Below are positions 35,896 to 38,932 of a DNA stretch of 38,932 nt, piece after piece (the first letter of the stretch is position 1; each line of letters opens with the position of its first letter). The DNA is from Chiloscyllium plagiosum (taxonomy: Eukaryota). The stretch is from contig NW_025214875.1 of the NCBI RefSeq assembly GCF_004010195.1, positions 1 to 38,932 on the forward strand, given 5' to 3'. A program made the position numbers and the translations under genes. The notes beneath the pieces are model-generated. The model saw only the letters and a program-made list of their open reading frames with translations. It made no database searches and had not been told where the DNA came from.

Positions 35896-37016
35896 TTTCC
35901 CTGTGCACCAGAAGGTTCAGTATTCTCAGGCTCCAACCTCTCCTTGCTCTGCTCTCTGGATCTTGCTTGTGCCTGACGCACTATTCCCCTCGCAGTGTGG
36001 GACCCCAACTCGAAATGCGCACTTATTAATCAGAGAAAGCGTCCCTTCAGAGACACAATCAGCGCGCTCAGAGACTGGGATTCATTTACTGAACAAACCA
36101 CTTGGGTTAACCCCTTCTCCTCACAACAGCCTCGCCACTGCTTCACGCTTCCTAAAGGATTATGGCTTTGTCTGCTGTTGGGAAAGGACGATGGGAATAA
36201 AGGATAACAAAGTGGACCGACTCTGTTGTATAAACACTGGGGAATTTGGCAAAGTTAGCAAAGTGTATTTATAACTGATCACGTGTATGTTGCCCACTGA
36301 AGAATGCTACTCTGTGGCTGAGTGGTACCAAGTGCCTGTGTGCTAAAGAAAGGCTGCTTGAGAATCGCCCTCGCATTGGTTGAGATTCTGTTTTGGGTGC
36401 TTTGTGTCCAGGAATGTGTGGGAAAGGTGCTTGTGGAAAGGGATTTGGCGAATGTCCGCATTGTGTCTTATAGATGGTGCAGTGGTGTATGCGTGGGGGA
36501 GGGAGTGGGTGTTTGTGGATGGCATGCCAATCGAATGGATCCCTTTATTGCTGGATGGTGTCACACCTTATGGGGGGGGGGGGCACGGACAGCAGATCCG
36601 AGTCATAATTTCTACCTTTATCTTCACAATGCAGCGAAATACAAACCCTCACTGATTCTCAAATCTCGCCTAACTATTGCACGGCAAGGCTTCCGAGTCA
36701 GCAATCCCAGGAATCACATTTCAATTCCGGCTTGGCGTTTCAGCAAAAGACTCAGAAATGTGTGACTTTTGGGGCAATTGTCAACGAAATGTGTGAAGCA
36801 GGTTTTTCACACAAAGAGTGGTGAGTGCCTGGAACGCGCTGCCAGAGTAAATGATGGAAGCAGACGCAATAGGAGCGTTCAAGAAACGCCTGGACGAATA
36901 CATCATAGGGAAGGGAAGAGAGGGAGGTGGATCCTGCAAGTAAAACCAGTCTTAGTTTGGCAGGGCAAAATATATCAACGCAGGCTTGGAAGGCCGAAGG
37001 GCCTGTTCCTGTGCTG

Positions 37017-37634
37017 NNNNNNNNNNNNNNNNNNNNNNNNNNNNNNNNNNNNNNNNNNNNNNNNNNNNNNNNNNNNNNNNNNNNNNNNNNNNNNNNNNNN
37101 NNNNNNNNNNNNNNNNNNNNNNNNNNNNNNNNNNNNNNNNNNNNNNNNNNNNNNNNNNNNNNNNNNNNNNNNNNNNNNNNNNNNNNNNNNNNNNNNNNNN
37201 NNNNNNNNNNNNNNNNNNNNNNNNNNNNNNNNNNNNNNNNNNNNNNNNNNNNNNNNNNNNNNNNNNNNNNNNNNNNNNNNNNNNNNNNNNNNNNNNNNNN
37301 NNNNNNNNNNNNNNNNNNNNNNNNNNNNNNNNNNNNNNNNNNNNNNNNNNNNNNNNNNNNNNNNNNNNNNNNNNNNNNNNNNNNNNNNNNNNNNNNNNNN
37401 NNNNNNNNNNNNNNNNNNNNNNNNNNNNNNNNNNNNNNNNNNNNNNNNNNNNNNNNNNNNNNNNNNNNNNNNNNNNNNNNNNNNNNNNNNNNNNNNNNNN
37501 NNNNNNNNNNNNNNNNNNNNNNNNNNNNNNNNNNNNNNNNNNNNNNNNNNNNNNNNNNNNNNNNNNNNNNNNNNNNNNNNNNNNNNNNNNNNNNNNNNNN
37601 NNNNNNNNNNNNNNNNNNNNNNNNNNNNNNNNNN
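37017..37634. other. Assembly gap
   Basis: Run of N. Confidence 1.
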
Positions 37635-38319
37635 TCTCCTTAATTCTGCTCGCTAAAGCTATTTCGTGACCCCTTTTAGCCCACTTGATACCTCGTTTAA
37701 GACTGGGCCAACTCTCCCAATATTCCTCCAGGGCCTTCTGGGAGTTGGAAGCGTGCCCAAATTTGCACCAATTGCAACTTGTCCCCATTTGGGGAGAGTT
37801 TGCTGAGTATGTGGAGAAGCAGATGTTTTGGCGAAGACAAGGTTTCAATGAGGCAAAAAAAGATGGTTGCACGTCATTGATATGAGTCCTCTACCAGGCC
37901 TGGAATGGTCCGTTGAATGGAGAGGGAAAAGTGATTGGTCAATGTCAGTCTCTTTCTGTCATTGTGCCTGTCGCTCTGTCTCGCTGCAACCTGATTATTC
38001 CTCTCCTTCTCTCTGTCTTTCTCTCCCTCCACCTCTCTCTCTCCCTCTCTCTCTCTCTCTTGCTTTCGCTCTTTCTCTCCCGGTCTCTCTTTCTCTCTCT
38101 CTGTCTCTCTGTCTTTCTCTCTGTCAGTCTCTCTGTCTATTAGAGCAGCTGATCATGCGACTGGCAGCCTGTGTTGCGTTTCGTTCCTGCCTAAACCCTT
38201 TCGGGCATGTTTTACGTTTTCCTGTTGTTATGGGGTGAGTTGCCACAGTCACTTTCAAATGCACCAGGTCAGTATTACACTGTGTAATCTGGTCAGAGGC
38301 CTTCTGGAAATCTGATTGG

Positions 38320-38880
38320 ATCACATCAACTGGCTCTGCTGTGTCGATATTGCTCGTTAATTGTCAAAGGAGTCCAACAGATTGGTCAGGCCTAATCTCC
38401 CCTTGATGAAGCCGTGCTGGTTTCACCCAATGTTCACCCCTAATTCCAACTATTTTGCAATCTCACCTTTAAGGGTGGGTTCTGAAATCTTTTCACTGGA
38501 CGATGTCAGGGTAAGAAGCCCATAAATCCATGTATTTTGCGTCCCTCCAATCTCTTAAGCTTGGGTTTGGAATTGGATATTTTCCAGTCACTCCCTGACT
38601 CCAGGGAGTCCTGAACAATCATCACCAATTACTCGACCATCTCTCAGCTATCCCCTTCAGAACTCCGAGATGCAGTCCATTTGGTCAACCACCTTCAGCC
38701 CTTTCAGCTTCCCCAGCACCTTCTCCTGCGGTCAACGCTACGATCACCTCAGTCCCCCGTTTCTCTGGAAGTGCTGCTTTGTTGCCAGCACGCTGAAGAT
38801 TGGTGCAAAGTACAGATTCACTTCCTCCGCTGTATCTTTGTCCCCTATTACTGCTTCTCTTGCCTCAGTTTCTGGCGTTC
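38320..38880 (-). mobile_element. Decayed CR1 RT-region fragment
   Basis: Contains atctccccttgatgaagccgtgctg and gatgtcagg, resembling the RT region at 28380-28700. Confidence 0.65.
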
Positions 38881-38932
38881 CAAGTGTGAGCTTTTACTGT
38901 CTAGCTAAGAACTGCTGTCATCTCCTGACTGG

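Larger units (their letters stand above)
31895..38318. repeat. Tandem segmental duplication, unit 3501 bp (31895-35395; 35396-~38318 with gap)
   Basis: cgatcatagagggatg at 31895 and 35396; paired ORFs; both units end ...ccttctggaaatctgatt. Confidence 0.93.

Overview
This is eukaryotic, repeat-rich vertebrate DNA. It is most likely from a shark, inferred from HE1-type tRNA SINEs, CR1/HER1-type LINE 3' ends, a 70-bp satellite and GPR139-like receptors. Two assembly gaps lie at 10244-10976 and 37017-37634. Genes: (1) a + strand perforin-1 pseudogene (ATG 12565 to about 14637) with no coding intron. It is interrupted by a young 701-bp antisense solo LTR (12884-13584; TG...CA; 5-bp TSD AGTCT) carrying three near-identical, hairpin-rich 115-bp units, and it also has a large internal deletion, frameshifts and a stop. 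(2) A - strand tandem array of two-exon GPR139-like GPCRs. One is a pseudogene (exon 1 20842-20931, exon 2 about 15032-16212, split by a SINE). The other is an open 354-aa gene (exon 1 32298-32394, exon 2 25143-26110) whose first exon is duplicated (35799-35895) by a ~3.5-kb tandem duplication. The remainder is satellites, nested LINE fragments, SINEs and Penelope-like terminal-repeat relics with decayed hammerhead cores. I cannot demonstrate a new biological system. The best leads are the structured LTR repeat, the duplicated GPCR first exon and the intronless perforin. Repeat boundaries are approximate unless junctions are quoted.
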